From: an uncultured Armatimonadia bacterium
GTDB lineage: Bacteria > Armatimonadota > Zipacnadia > CAZGSV01
Length of the DNA: 64,000 bases
Reading direction: 5' to 3'
NCBI GenBank assembly: GCA_964528605.1
Contig: CAZGSV010000009.1
Span: forward strand, 156 to 64,155
The position numbers and the translations under genes are program-made. The notes beneath the pieces were generated by a model. That model made no database searches. It saw only the letters and a list, made by a program, of their open reading frames with translations, and was not told the DNA's origin. This document shows, in pieces, positions 27,326 to 35,877 of the stretch. Within the stretch, counting starts at the first letter, position 1, and each line of letters starts with the position of its first letter.

Positions 27326-28594
27326 ATGCTGAACCAACTGGCCGTCCTTCTGACTCTCGGCGCCGGTCCCTCGGGCCGGGTCTTCCTCTACAGCCCTCTC
27401 GACTCGGTCGAGGGCTACTCAATGGAGGAGAGCTTCCTCTCACACTTCCGCTCCGAGAACCGGGGTATCGAGGTCGTGGAACGTCGCCTGTTGGGCGCGG
27501 AGATGGCCGAGGCCCAAGTGCAGGAAATGTACGGCGCGAGGTTCGTCTCCGCCTCCTCCGCAAGAAACCTGCCTCGCGCGCGCCAGTCCGAGGCGCACGA
27601 GTTGGCCGCGCAGCCGGGACACGCGGTTTTCACTATCACTTGGGGCAACAAGATACCCGCCTTGGTTGACGGAGGCCTAATCGCCCCGGTTGATGGCCTG
27701 CTCCCCAAGCAGTATTGGGCCGACTTCTACCCGCGAGTCCTCGACACGGTCACCTACCAGGGGCGCATCTGGTCACTGCCCCTGGAGGCCACACCCTACG
27801 CCCTCTTCTGCAATCTGGAGCACTTCTGCGCTGGTGGCGTTTCCCTCCCGACCACTTGGGAAGAGACCCTGGCGGCCGCGCAGGCACTCACCCGCGATAC
27901 CGACGGCGACGGCACGCCCAACCTCTGGGGTTACACTCAGTGCACCTACCAGTTCCCACTCTTGCTGTGGTGCTACGGCATCTCCATCATCCGCGAGGAC
28001 GGACTGGCCGGATTCGCTGACCCGCCCGCCGTTGAAGTGTCGCGCTTGTACTGGGCCTTGAGAGAATGCTCGCCCCCCCACGTGGAGTTCGAGCGCGGCG
28101 ACGTTGCCATGAAACTCAGCACCTACGACGACATCAACCGCTATCATCATCTGGACTATGCCGTCATCCCTCTGCCGCACGGCACCTGCCGGGCCAACAG
28201 CCTCGGGGCCTCGGGCTCCACGATGGGTATGGTGCTCTTGAACGGCAGCGACCCCGAGATCGCCGGCCGCTTCCTCGCCTTCTGGGCCCGCCCGGACATC
28301 TACCTCAGATGGTGTGTGTGGACGCACGCTGTCGCCCTGCGCAAGTCCGTGCGCGACAGCGCCGCCTATCAGCGCTTCCTCCTGCGCGTACCTGAGATGC
28401 GAGCCTTCGACGGGGATCTGGAGTGCTCAGTGCCCCGGCCCGTGATCCCCGAATACGACGCCATACACGAGGTAATTGCCGGCTACACTAGATGGGTCAA
28501 CGTACAGCCCGTCGAGCCCTCCCTCCAGGAGTTGCAGGCCAGGCTCGATGAAGCCGCGGCCCAGGCCAACGCCCTTCTCACGGCAAGTCGCTAG
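27326..28594 (+). CDS. Extracellular solute-binding protein, family 1, paralog 3
   Basis: GGAGGG SD. SLPLEATPYALFCNLEHFCAGGVSLPTTWEETLAAAQALTRDTDGDGTPNLWGY is collinear with paralogs 1 and 2. Confidence 0.7.
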   Translation: MLNQLAVLLTLGAGPSGRVFLYSPLDSVEGYSMEESFLSHFRSENRGIEVVERRLLGAEMAEAQVQEMYGARFVSASSARNLPRARQSEAHELAAQPGHAVFTITWGNKIPALVDGGLIAPVDGLLPKQYWADFYPRVLDTVTYQGRIWSLPLEATPYALFCNLEHFCAGGVSLPTTWEETLAAAQALTRDTDGDGTPNLWGYTQCTYQFPLLLWCYGISIIREDGLAGFADPPAVEVSRLYWALRECSPPHVEFERGDVAMKLSTYDDINRYHHLDYAVIPLPHGTCRANSLGASGSTMGMVLLNGSDPEIAGRFLAFWARPDIYLRWCVWTHAVALRKSVRDSAAYQRFLLRVPEMRAFDGDLECSVPRPVIPEYDAIHEVIAGYTRWVNVQPVEPSLQELQARLDEAAAQANALLTASR

Positions 28595-29047
28595 GAGAGT
28601 ACCTCGGCCCCCTCTACGGGCCGCCGTGGAGCCTCTTGGGCAGCCAGGATCCCCTCGACGCCCGAAGAGAACTCGAGCACCCCTGCTAAGCGACTTTTCG
28701 GCCGGCTCACCGCCTGCGGTGGTGGTGCCTCATCGTCTACGGCACCCTAGTCCTGTCCGATGCTGTCCTTCTGTGTCCAACCCCCTCATGCCAGGACGCT
28801 CTCCCCACGCGGGAAGGCCCAGGTCTCCCTCGGGTGGTGAGTCTGCCTCACCAGCACGCGCCGCCTGTCGGCCAGGGTTGCGCAGTGCGGCACTCCGTGG
28901 TAAAGTGCGCCGGCACAAGTAACAACAGCAACGGGTCATCAGCAGTGCCTGTCAGTCGTCGCCAGGAACGGCCTTGCAGTCCAGAGGCGTCGCGCCAGTT
29001 GGGCGGCGGCCCTACCTACTGTGCCTTGACGAAGGGGCGGTCTTGAC

Positions 29048-31063
29048 GTGAGTGCGTTTGTTGCCGGCCAAATCATCTTCGCGGCCACCATAGCGGGGCA
29101 GCCAAGCGGCATCCCCCCGGGTGACACGCTCAGCAATTCCCTTGGCATGGAGTTCGTGCGTGTTGAGCCCGACGAGTTTCTGATGGGATGCGACGATGAG
29201 CCGTTGCCCGAGGGGCTGGGCAACGTCGCTTACCTGCCCCACGGGGACTTCGACGAGCACCCCCGGCACCGCGTGCGAATCACCCAGCCCTTCTTCATGG
29301 CCGTCTGTGAGGTCACCAACGCCCAGTACGAACAGTTCGATCCCGAACACCGCAAGTTGCGCGGCAAGATGGGCTTCTCCAAAAACGACGACGAGGCCGT
29401 GGTATTCGTCAGTTGGCACGACGCCGTGCGCTTCTGCGACTGGCTGTCAAAGAAGGAGGGCCTGCCTTATCGCCTGCCAACCGAAGCCCAATGGGAGTAC
29501 GCTTGCCGGGCCGGGACCAACACCCTTTTCAACACCGGCGACTCCTTGCCGGAGATCTACCACAAGGTGCAGGGGGAGTGCTGGTATCCCGACCCGGACC
29601 CGCGCGACCCCGGCGTGCTCTCCACATCGCATGTAGGACACACGCCCCCTAACGCGTGGGGCCTGCACGACATGCACGGCAACGTGGAGGAGTGGTGCTA
29701 CGACTGGTACGGGCCGTACGAGCCGGGCGAACAGGCGGATCCGCTCGGTCGGGCCGACGGAAAGTTCAAGGTCACTCGAGGCGGCAGCCACTCAACCTTC
29801 ATCTACTACCTCCGCTCTGCCAACCGCTCCAGCGCGCTACCTGACGACCGTACCTGGCTCATCGGCTTCCGCCTGGTTCTCGCGCCACTGCCCATCAGCA
29901 AGCCCTTCCCGCCTGCTCCGCCTACACTGTGCATGCAAGGCGTCAAGCAGGGCGTCCCGCCTGATGTCACAAAAGGCCCGGACCCCGCGCAGCCCTACTT
30001 CAAAGGACCACGCGTATACGTGAAGATCCCCCCGGACGCGAACGGGCCCCTGTTCGCGCGCCACAACCACGTTCCCAGCATTGTCGAGTGCCCCAACGGC
30101 GACTTGCTCGCCGTGTGGTACACTTGTGTGCGTGAGCCCGGACGTGAGGTGGCGCTCGCAGCCAGCCGCCTCCGCTTCGGGGAGGATGAGTGGGAACCCG
30201 CTTCCCTCTTCTGGGACGCTGCCGACCGCACCGAAGGGGCTAACGCCCTCTGGTTCGACGGCGACAAGACTATCTACAACTTCATCGGCTTCTCCGTCGC
30301 CGCGACCTGGGGCAACCTCGCCGTCGCGATGCAGACCTCCACCGATAGCGGCGCTACCTGGTCCCGCGACCGCATCATCTTGCCCGAGCACGGCCTCCGC
30401 CAGATACCGATCCCATCCGTGATCCGCACGCGCGCCGGGCAGATCATCTTGCCCTGTGATGCGGACACCGGTGAGGGCGGCACCGCTCTCTTCCTCAGCC
30501 CGGACAATGGCAACACCTGGTGCGATCCTGGGGGGACCGCTGCCGGCATTCACGCGGGGCTCGTGGAACTCAACGACGGCCGACTGATGACTCTCGGCCG
30601 CGGCAACAACATTGACGGCATGATGCCCATGAGCCTCTCGGATGACATGGGGAAAACCTGGGTCTACCGTGCCAGCCCCTTCCCTCCCATCGGCGGCGGT
30701 CAGCGTCTCGCGCTAGTCAGGTTGCAGGAAGGCCCCCTCTTCTTCGCCTCCTTCGCCAAGGAGATGCCTCTGCCCGATGGAGCCGGGGCACAGCGGCAGG
30801 TGTCCGGTCTCTTCGCCGCGGTCTCCTGCGACGATGGAGAGACCTGGCCCCTCCTGCGTGTGCTCAGCGACGGGCCTGACCGCGGGCTCGAAACATTGGA
30901 CGGCAGACCGTTTATGATGACTGCCGCGAGCGCGGAGCCCGCGGGGTACCTTACCGCCATCCAGGCGCGCAACGGGGTCGTCCACCTCATCAGCAGCCGC
31001 CAGCACTACGTTTTCAACCTCGCCTGGCTCGTCCGGACACCGACTCCGCAAAAGCAGGACTAG
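29048..31063 (+). CDS. Fusion protein: FGE-sulfatase (SUMF1/DUF323) domain plus C-terminal BNR/Asp-box sialidase-like propeller
   Basis: N-terminal half: RVTQPFFMAVCEVTNAQYEQF, WEYACRAGT, HGNVEEWCYDWY, TRGGS, R.ANR (the FGE-sulfatase fold). C-terminal half: Asp-boxes STDSGATW, SPDNGNTW, SDDMGKTW, SCDDGETW. Confidence 0.65.
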   Translation: MSAFVAGQIIFAATIAGQPSGIPPGDTLSNSLGMEFVRVEPDEFLMGCDDEPLPEGLGNVAYLPHGDFDEHPRHRVRITQPFFMAVCEVTNAQYEQFDPEHRKLRGKMGFSKNDDEAVVFVSWHDAVRFCDWLSKKEGLPYRLPTEAQWEYACRAGTNTLFNTGDSLPEIYHKVQGECWYPDPDPRDPGVLSTSHVGHTPPNAWGLHDMHGNVEEWCYDWYGPYEPGEQADPLGRADGKFKVTRGGSHSTFIYYLRSANRSSALPDDRTWLIGFRLVLAPLPISKPFPPAPPTLCMQGVKQGVPPDVTKGPDPAQPYFKGPRVYVKIPPDANGPLFARHNHVPSIVECPNGDLLAVWYTCVREPGREVALAASRLRFGEDEWEPASLFWDAADRTEGANALWFDGDKTIYNFIGFSVAATWGNLAVAMQTSTDSGATWSRDRIILPEHGLRQIPIPSVIRTRAGQIILPCDADTGEGGTALFLSPDNGNTWCDPGGTAAGIHAGLVELNDGRLMTLGRGNNIDGMMPMSLSDDMGKTWVYRASPFPPIGGGQRLALVRLQEGPLFFASFAKEMPLPDGAGAQRQVSGLFAAVSCDDGETWPLLRVLSDGPDRGLETLDGRPFMMTAASAEPAGYLTAIQARNGVVHLISSRQHYVFNLAWLVRTPTPQKQD

Positions 31064-31140
31064 TGCAGTCGTGCTGCCAAGCCGCGGTGCCAACTGCGCT
31101 GCGCGAAGAGGCCCGGTCCCTACGGAAATCCAAGGGCCGT

Positions 31141-31698
31141 ATGGGCGGCTCCCGTGAGGGGCTTCGCCACGACGGGGACGACCGGGGGCGGCAGCTACTC
31201 GAGGCGGGTACGCCGCCCGTGGCTCAGGCGGTCGGGCTTGGCGCAGCCATTGACTACTTGCAGGGGTTGGGGATGGACCGCGTGTGTAGCCATTGGCGCG
31301 CCACAGCCAACGCCTACGACATCGGGTATACTTACGACGGCGTTGGCAACCGGGTGACGAAGATGAGCGGAGGCGTCGTTACCACCTACACCTGCGAGGC
31401 AGGCGACAAGATGCTCCGCTTCGAGGACAACATCGGTATCACCACGCTTACCTACGACCTGAACGGGAATCAGACGGTGAAGGTCGCGCCCAATATGGCG
31501 GTCACCACCTACTCGTACAACTACGAGAGCAAGATGACCGGGGCGATCTTCCCCGACAGCAGCCTGAACACTTTCGTCTACGACGGAGAGGGCAAGAGGT
31601 TGGAGAAGAGGGATTCGGCGGGGACGCTGAGGTTCGTCTATGACGAGCAGGGGCCGACGGGGTTGTATCACTTGGTCGCCGAGATTGGGTCAGGATAG
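31141..31698 (+). pseudogene. Rhs/YD-repeat protein fragment (truncated; no core or toxin domain)
   Basis: YD repeats YTYDGVGNRV, TYDLNGNQT, YSYNYESKMT, FVYDGEGKRLEK, FVYDEQG in a roughly 190-aa ORF, whereas intact Rhs proteins exceed 1000 aa. Confidence 0.55.
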
Positions 31699-31906
31699 CG
31701 GAGGGTTGAGTATGTGGCGTGCAGCGGCGTTCTTGGTCTGCCTGGCGGCGGTAGTGACGTGCGGCTGCCGATCGAGAGGCGCGGGGCACGGCGCGAGGCC
31801 GACCACCCAACCTACGCCTGTCGCGGGTGGGGCTCGGGGCACTGTCTTTTTCGCCCAGTATCTCTTCCTATTGCTGTTTGGTCTCGTCTAGGTCAACTTC
31901 GGCTAC

Positions 31907-32221
31907 GTGCGAGCGCGTGTGGGCGACAACATCACCCTGTTCTATCTCCTCGATGGATTGGCCATCTGCTACCTTCTCCTCCGAGCATTCCTGGTGCTCG
32001 CCAAGAGAGTCTCCGCCAAATGGCAGTACCTGTGGCTGGCACTAGGCCTCGCCATCATCACTGCCGCGGTTGGCCTGACCGGCGGTATTCGCAGCGAGGC
32101 CGAGTCGAAGGTGGCTCGTCGGCCCGGATTGACTGACATCGCCGGTTTCAGTAGGCCTTCAACACACGAATGCGGGGCCCTCTACCTCGTGGCATGCTTC
32201 GGTTCGGGGCCCCCTGGTTGA
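31907..32221 (+). CDS. Small 3-TM membrane protein, hypothetical
   Basis: ORF in a locally lower-GC stretch (about 55%) downstream of the Rhs fragment. Possible orphan immunity-like gene, but weakly supported. Confidence 0.3.
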   Translation: MRARVGDNITLFYLLDGLAICYLLLRAFLVLAKRVSAKWQYLWLALGLAIITAAVGLTGGIRSEAESKVARRPGLTDIAGFSRPSTHECGALYLVACFGSGPPG

Positions 32222-32274
32222 CACACCAAACCACTTGGCACGGATCGGTTCATCCCCTAAAATGGTGCTGCTGA

Positions 32275-32349
<75 letters not shown>

Positions 32350-32438
32350 TGCACTCACACAGCCTCTCTCTCGTGCCCCCGTCGTCAGACATTTAGGAGC
32401 CACGTTGTCCGTCACCGGCGGCAGCAGCGCTTGCGCGC

Positions 32439-32600
32439 CGTAGGCGGGTCTGCCCGCCTCGGCAGGGCGCCGACTAGGCGCGTAGGGGCGACCCCCCGTG
32501 GTCGCCTGCGCGCTGGAGCCCCGCCACCGGCGGGGCGACGTAGGGGCCGATTCTTAATCGGCCCGCGATGCCGCCAGGCATCGAGTAGGGGCGGGCTAGC
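32439..32600 (+). repeat. Array of four GTAGG-prefixed GC-rich stem-loops
   Basis: CGTAGGCGGG-TCTG-CCCGCC; GTAGGGGCGACC-CCCCGT-GGTCGCC; GTAGGGGCCGATT-CTT-AATCGGCCC; GAGTAGGGGCGGGC. The CGTAGG/GTAGGGGC motif recurs at 32439, 32481, 32540 and 32585. Confidence 0.4.
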
Positions 32601-32649
32601 GTGTGGGTCTATCCGCCGAAGGCGGATTCAAATCCCACCTCCGGCGCCA
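32591..32649 (+). ncRNA. tRNA-like minihelix element, copy 1 (59 nt, CCA-ended)
   Basis: GCGGGCTAGCGTGTGGG-TCTATCCGCCGAAGGCGGAT-TCAAATCCCAC-CTCCGGCGCCA: an acceptor-like 5-bp stem, a T-arm GTGGG/CCCAC with a 19-nt hairpin inserted in the T-loop, and a terminal CCA. 49/59 identical to copy 2. Confidence 0.35.
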
Positions 32650-32651
32650 AC

Positions 32652-32972
32652 ATGGGCATGGCGGTCAACCGCCGGTTCGTGTACGTCCTCTGGAGTGAAT
32701 CCACGGGACGCCTGTACATCGGTATGACAGACCGCCTCCGGCACCGCATCCGCGAACACAACGCTGGCAAGGTGCGATCCACCCGTCCGCTCCGACCACT
32801 CGAACTCGTTCACCGCGAGCGCGTGGCCGACCGCGCTGCGGCGGCCGCCCGAGAACGTTGGCTCAAGAGCGGGGTCGGGCGAGAATGGCTCCACGCAGCG
32901 CTAGCCAGGGGCCCCGCGCCAGACGAGGCGGAGCCCGACGGTCCAGGCCGCCGGGAGCCTCCGCTCCAATAG
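32652..32972 (+). CDS. GIY-YIG nuclease family protein (COG2827/UPF0213-like small URI-domain protein)
   Basis: FVYVLWSESTGRLYIGMTDRLRHRIREHNAGK...STRPLRP...ERWLK is the GIY-YIG core. It starts 2 nt after the CCA of tRNA-like element 1. Confidence 0.75.
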   Translation: MGMAVNRRFVYVLWSESTGRLYIGMTDRLRHRIREHNAGKVRSTRPLRPLELVHRERVADRAAAAARERWLKSGVGREWLHAALARGPAPDEAEPDGPGRREPPLQ

Positions 32973-33028
32973 GAACCGCTCAGCGCTCGCTTCCGACCAT
33001 GCGGTGTGCTCTGCTACACTATCGCCAG

Positions 33029-33115
33029 GCCGGAGTGGCGTAATCGGCAGACGCAGAGGACTTAAAATCCTCCGCTCGCGAGGGCATGTGGGTTCGAGTC
33101 CCACCTCCGGCACCA
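33029..33115 (+). tRNA. tRNA-Leu(TAA)
   Basis: Acceptor GCCGGAG/CTCCGGC, anticodon stem GAGGA/TCCTC with loop CTTAAAA, long variable arm CGCTCGCGAGGGCAT, T-arm GTGGG-TTCGAGT-CCCAC, discriminator A, CCA. Confidence 0.85.
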
Positions 33116-33154
33116 CCCCCCCTGCGTCACTCGGCCCGCAACAGCCCGCCGTTA

Positions 33155-33213
33155 GCGGGCAAGCCTGTGGGCTTGTCCGCCGAAGGCGGATTCGAGTCCC
33201 GCCTCCCGCACCA
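33155..33213 (+). ncRNA. tRNA-like minihelix element, copy 2 (59 nt, CCA-ended)
   Basis: GCGGGCAAGCCTGTGGG-CTTGTCCGCCGAAGGCGGAT-TCGAGTCCCGC-CTCCCGCACCA: acceptor GCGGG/CCCGC with A-CCA, T-arm GTGGG/CCCGC with the same internal hairpin TCCGCC-GAAG-GCGGA. Confidence 0.35.
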
Positions 33214-33295
33214 GCCACCATCAGGCCCCCCCCGACAGCCACCGGGGCCCCAGCGTGTCCGGTCCACTCAGCAGCACGACGCCGCGCACGAAGTC

Positions 33296-34558
33296 TCATG
33301 GCGCCTTCGGCAGGAACGGCTCCGTGACGATCTTGAGGTACCTTGCCGGCTTCGCCGACATGATCGCCTTCTTGTTCAACTGCAAAACCCACAGCCCGCC
33401 CGGCCGCCTGTGTCGGTCGAAGGCCACTCTTGTGCCATCCGGCGAGACCGCATACCAGCCGATGTCGCCCCAGTCGGTTATCCGCAGCCACCCTCCGTCT
33501 GTCATCCGCAAAGCCCAGAGGTCATCCCGGAACGGCGAAGAGGCGCTCGGTCCCGGACGCGAGCGCTGTGTGATGACGAGCCCGCCCTCCAAGGCCAGGG
33601 CCGCTTCGAGCAAGACAGCGGCCCCGCAATCGGCCCCGCGAGCCTCATTGCGTTGCACGTCCACGACTCCGAGCCGACGCGTATGTGCCCCCGACCCGTG
33701 CAGCACCAACTCATTGATGGGCACCAGCCCGTTCAGTGAATGACACAACCCGTGCGGCAACACGTGGTCCCGCGCAAGCAACCTTCTGGCAGGCGCTGAA
33801 GGGGGCGAGACCAAGAACAGCCCTTCCTCTCGCCGGCTGCCGGAACACTCCACCCCACCCACAAGCAGTTCTCCAGAGGGCAGCCACGCCAGCCCCCAGA
33901 CGAACCCACGAAAGACGACGTCTCGATAGGCTCCGCCCTTGTCGTACAGGTCCAACTGGTTGCGGGCCGTGTCATACAACGCGAAGCCCGACCGGTCCGG
34001 GGAGGCGACCGCCCCCCACAAGGAACCCGCCGCCAACAGCGCCGTGCATCGCCCGTTCCCAACCTCGCACCGGAACACAATGCTGTCTCCCGCTCCCCTC
34101 CCCCTCAACGGGGCGACCAGGACCGCATCACCGGCCGGCGTCCAGGAGCAGTGAAGCCCCGGCCAGTATGCCGTGTTGACCGGCGCCTCGAAGCGGCGAA
34201 CGAGCGCGCCGTCGCTCGTCCGTGTCACCAGGAGTTCTCCCGCCACCAAGCGCCCCAGCCGGAACACCGCAGGCGGCTGGCCGGGTATACCGGGCAACCT
34301 GGCGGCCTGCAGGACTTCGCTCCGCCCGGCGGCGAGCCAGTGAACGGCCACCAGTTTCCCATCCGGCGACCAGGCCATCGGCGACACGTATGAGCCCTCG
34401 AGAATCTGCACCGCCCGCCCCCCCGGCTGCCTCTGCTGCACCAGCCGCCCCGGCCTCCGCGGCGGCCGATTCACATACGCCCATGCAAGCCACAGGGCAC
34501 CAACCAGAGCCGCAACTGCCACCAGCGCCACCCAGCCCCGGCTCACACGTCTCCTCAC
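33296..34558 (-). CDS. TolB-like (PD40/WD40-like) beta-propeller protein with signal anchor, paralog 1
   Basis: PD40-type SPDGKLVA / SPDGTRVAF repeats after an RR-containing TM anchor. GTG 34558 forms a GTGA overlap with the upstream paralog's stop. Confidence 0.6.
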   Translation of the reverse strand: MRRRVSRGWVALVAVAALVGALWLAWAYVNRPPRRPGRLVQQRQPGGRAVQILEGSYVSPMAWSPDGKLVAVHWLAAGRSEVLQAARLPGIPGQPPAVFRLGRLVAGELLVTRTSDGALVRRFEAPVNTAYWPGLHCSWTPAGDAVLVAPLRGRGAGDSIVFRCEVGNGRCTALLAAGSLWGAVASPDRSGFALYDTARNQLDLYDKGGAYRDVVFRGFVWGLAWLPSGELLVGGVECSGSRREEGLFLVSPPSAPARRLLARDHVLPHGLCHSLNGLVPINELVLHGSGAHTRRLGVVDVQRNEARGADCGAAVLLEAALALEGGLVITQRSRPGPSASSPFRDDLWALRMTDGGWLRITDWGDIGWYAVSPDGTRVAFDRHRRPGGLWVLQLNKKAIMSAKPARYLKIVTEPFLPKAP

Positions 34559-35877
34559 CGCGCGGCCTCCGCGGCCCTCATGTGCAGGCGCCACACGCCC
34601 CTCCCCGCCGCGCTCCCCGGCACCCCCGACCGCGCCAATGGCTCAACACTCGCCCGCCCCGCCGAGTACGGTTCCGAACGCTCAAGCCAGCCTCGGTCCG
34701 GTGTCACCACCCATACCCCCGCGGCACCCGTTCGGCCGCCCTGACTGGTCAGTGCGATCTGCTCCCCGTCCGGAGACACCGCAAAGCCGGTGGGCCGGCC
34801 CACCTCGCCGAAAGTAACGCCGAACCATCCGCCGTCACTCAGCCGCGCCAGCCACAGGTCGCGGGATGCCTCCACCCCGGTTTCGCCGAGGCACACCAGC
34901 AACCTGCCACCCAGAGCCAATTCCGCGCCCCCGATGACTCGCACGGGAACGTCCTCTGGAGGAAGAACCACGCGCACCTCCCGACGGAACACATCTATCA
35001 CGCCCGGACTCGCAACCATCTCCCCGCTCGCGTTCGCGCGCCCATCAACAAAGGGAACCAGTCCCGCCATTGACCGCGTGGCTCCCTCACGGAGCACATG
35101 TGACCGCTGCAGGAGACGTTCCGGGTTGCCGCCGCCCCGCCAAGTTGTGAGATACACACCCGGTGTCACAGGCCCCTTCCCCGACACCTGAGCGTCCACC
35201 ACGACGTGCTCCGCATCTACCCACGAGAACCCCCACACGTCTCCTTGAAAGACCGGGCTCTTGCGCTCGCCGCGCCGGTGGACCTGAAGGGCCTCGCCGC
35301 CCTGTACCAGCATCGTCCTGCTGTCTGGGGCGAACACCGCCTCCACACTCAACCCTCCCGCCACCGGACCTCTGTCGCCCGTCAGAACGTCGTAGCGAAA
35401 AGCCCTCGATGCCCGCGGCGCTTCCGCCACTCGGCAGAGCAGGTCGTCGCTTCCAGCCACCCAGAAACACTCGCTGGGCGGCCAGAATGCTGTGTTCACC
35501 GGCGCGAGCAGGCGCTTGATCACCCGGGAGTCGGCCACCCGCACGATCAGCACATCCCCCGCCGCCAGCCGACCCAGCCGGCCAAAGCCCCGATTGTCAG
35601 ACCGCGACGCCTGCCGTCCCGCAAACTCCCGCAGCCAGGCTGTTGCTGGCGGTACCCACCCCACGGCCAAGAACCTCCCGTCTGGAGAAAACGTCAGCGC
35701 CTTCAGCCCGTCGCCGGAAAGAACCTGGAAGATTCCACCCCCACCCGGGAATCGGGCAGAGGCACGCGGCAGCCGCATCCGCCATTCCCGCCCCGCAGCC
35801 AAGGATGCGAAGACTAACACTGCTACCGTTCCGGCCACCAGCCGGCGACGCAACCGGCGTCGTGTCGTCGGCTGCAC
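34555..35877 (-). CDS. TolB-like beta-propeller protein, paralog 2
   Basis: SPDGRFLAV / SPDGEQIAL repeats. Likely GTG start at 35877 sharing one nt with the upstream gene's TAG; it gives the signal anchor RRRLRRRLVAGTVAVLVFASLAAG. Confidence 0.55.
   Translation of the reverse strand: MQPTTRRRLRRRLVAGTVAVLVFASLAAGREWRMRLPRASARFPGGGGIFQVLSGDGLKALTFSPDGRFLAVGWVPPATAWLREFAGRQASRSDNRGFGRLGRLAAGDVLIVRVADSRVIKRLLAPVNTAFWPPSECFWVAGSDDLLCRVAEAPRASRAFRYDVLTGDRGPVAGGLSVEAVFAPDSRTMLVQGGEALQVHRRGERKSPVFQGDVWGFSWVDAEHVVVDAQVSGKGPVTPGVYLTTWRGGGNPERLLQRSHVLREGATRSMAGLVPFVDGRANASGEMVASPGVIDVFRREVRVVLPPEDVPVRVIGGAELALGGRLLVCLGETGVEASRDLWLARLSDGGWFGVTFGEVGRPTGFAVSPDGEQIALTSQGGRTGAAGVWVVTPDRGWLERSEPYSAGRASVEPLARSGVPGSAAGRGVWRLHMRAAEAAR

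Noticed and set aside
32400-32650. Possible tmRNA (ssrA) or other long structured RNA ending in the tRNA-like CCA at 32649
   Set aside because: No tag-peptide reading frame ending ...AA-stop is present, and no 5' segment complementary to the 3' acceptor strand could be found. The 3' part is better explained as a 59-nt repeat shared with 33155-33213.
32591-33115. GIY-YIG gene as a group-I-intron homing endonuclease splitting a tRNA
   Set aside because: The protein is the small free-standing COG2827/UPF0213 type rather than an I-TevI-like enzyme with a DNA-binding tail. Both neighbouring tRNAs (Cys, Leu-TAA) are intact and uninterrupted.
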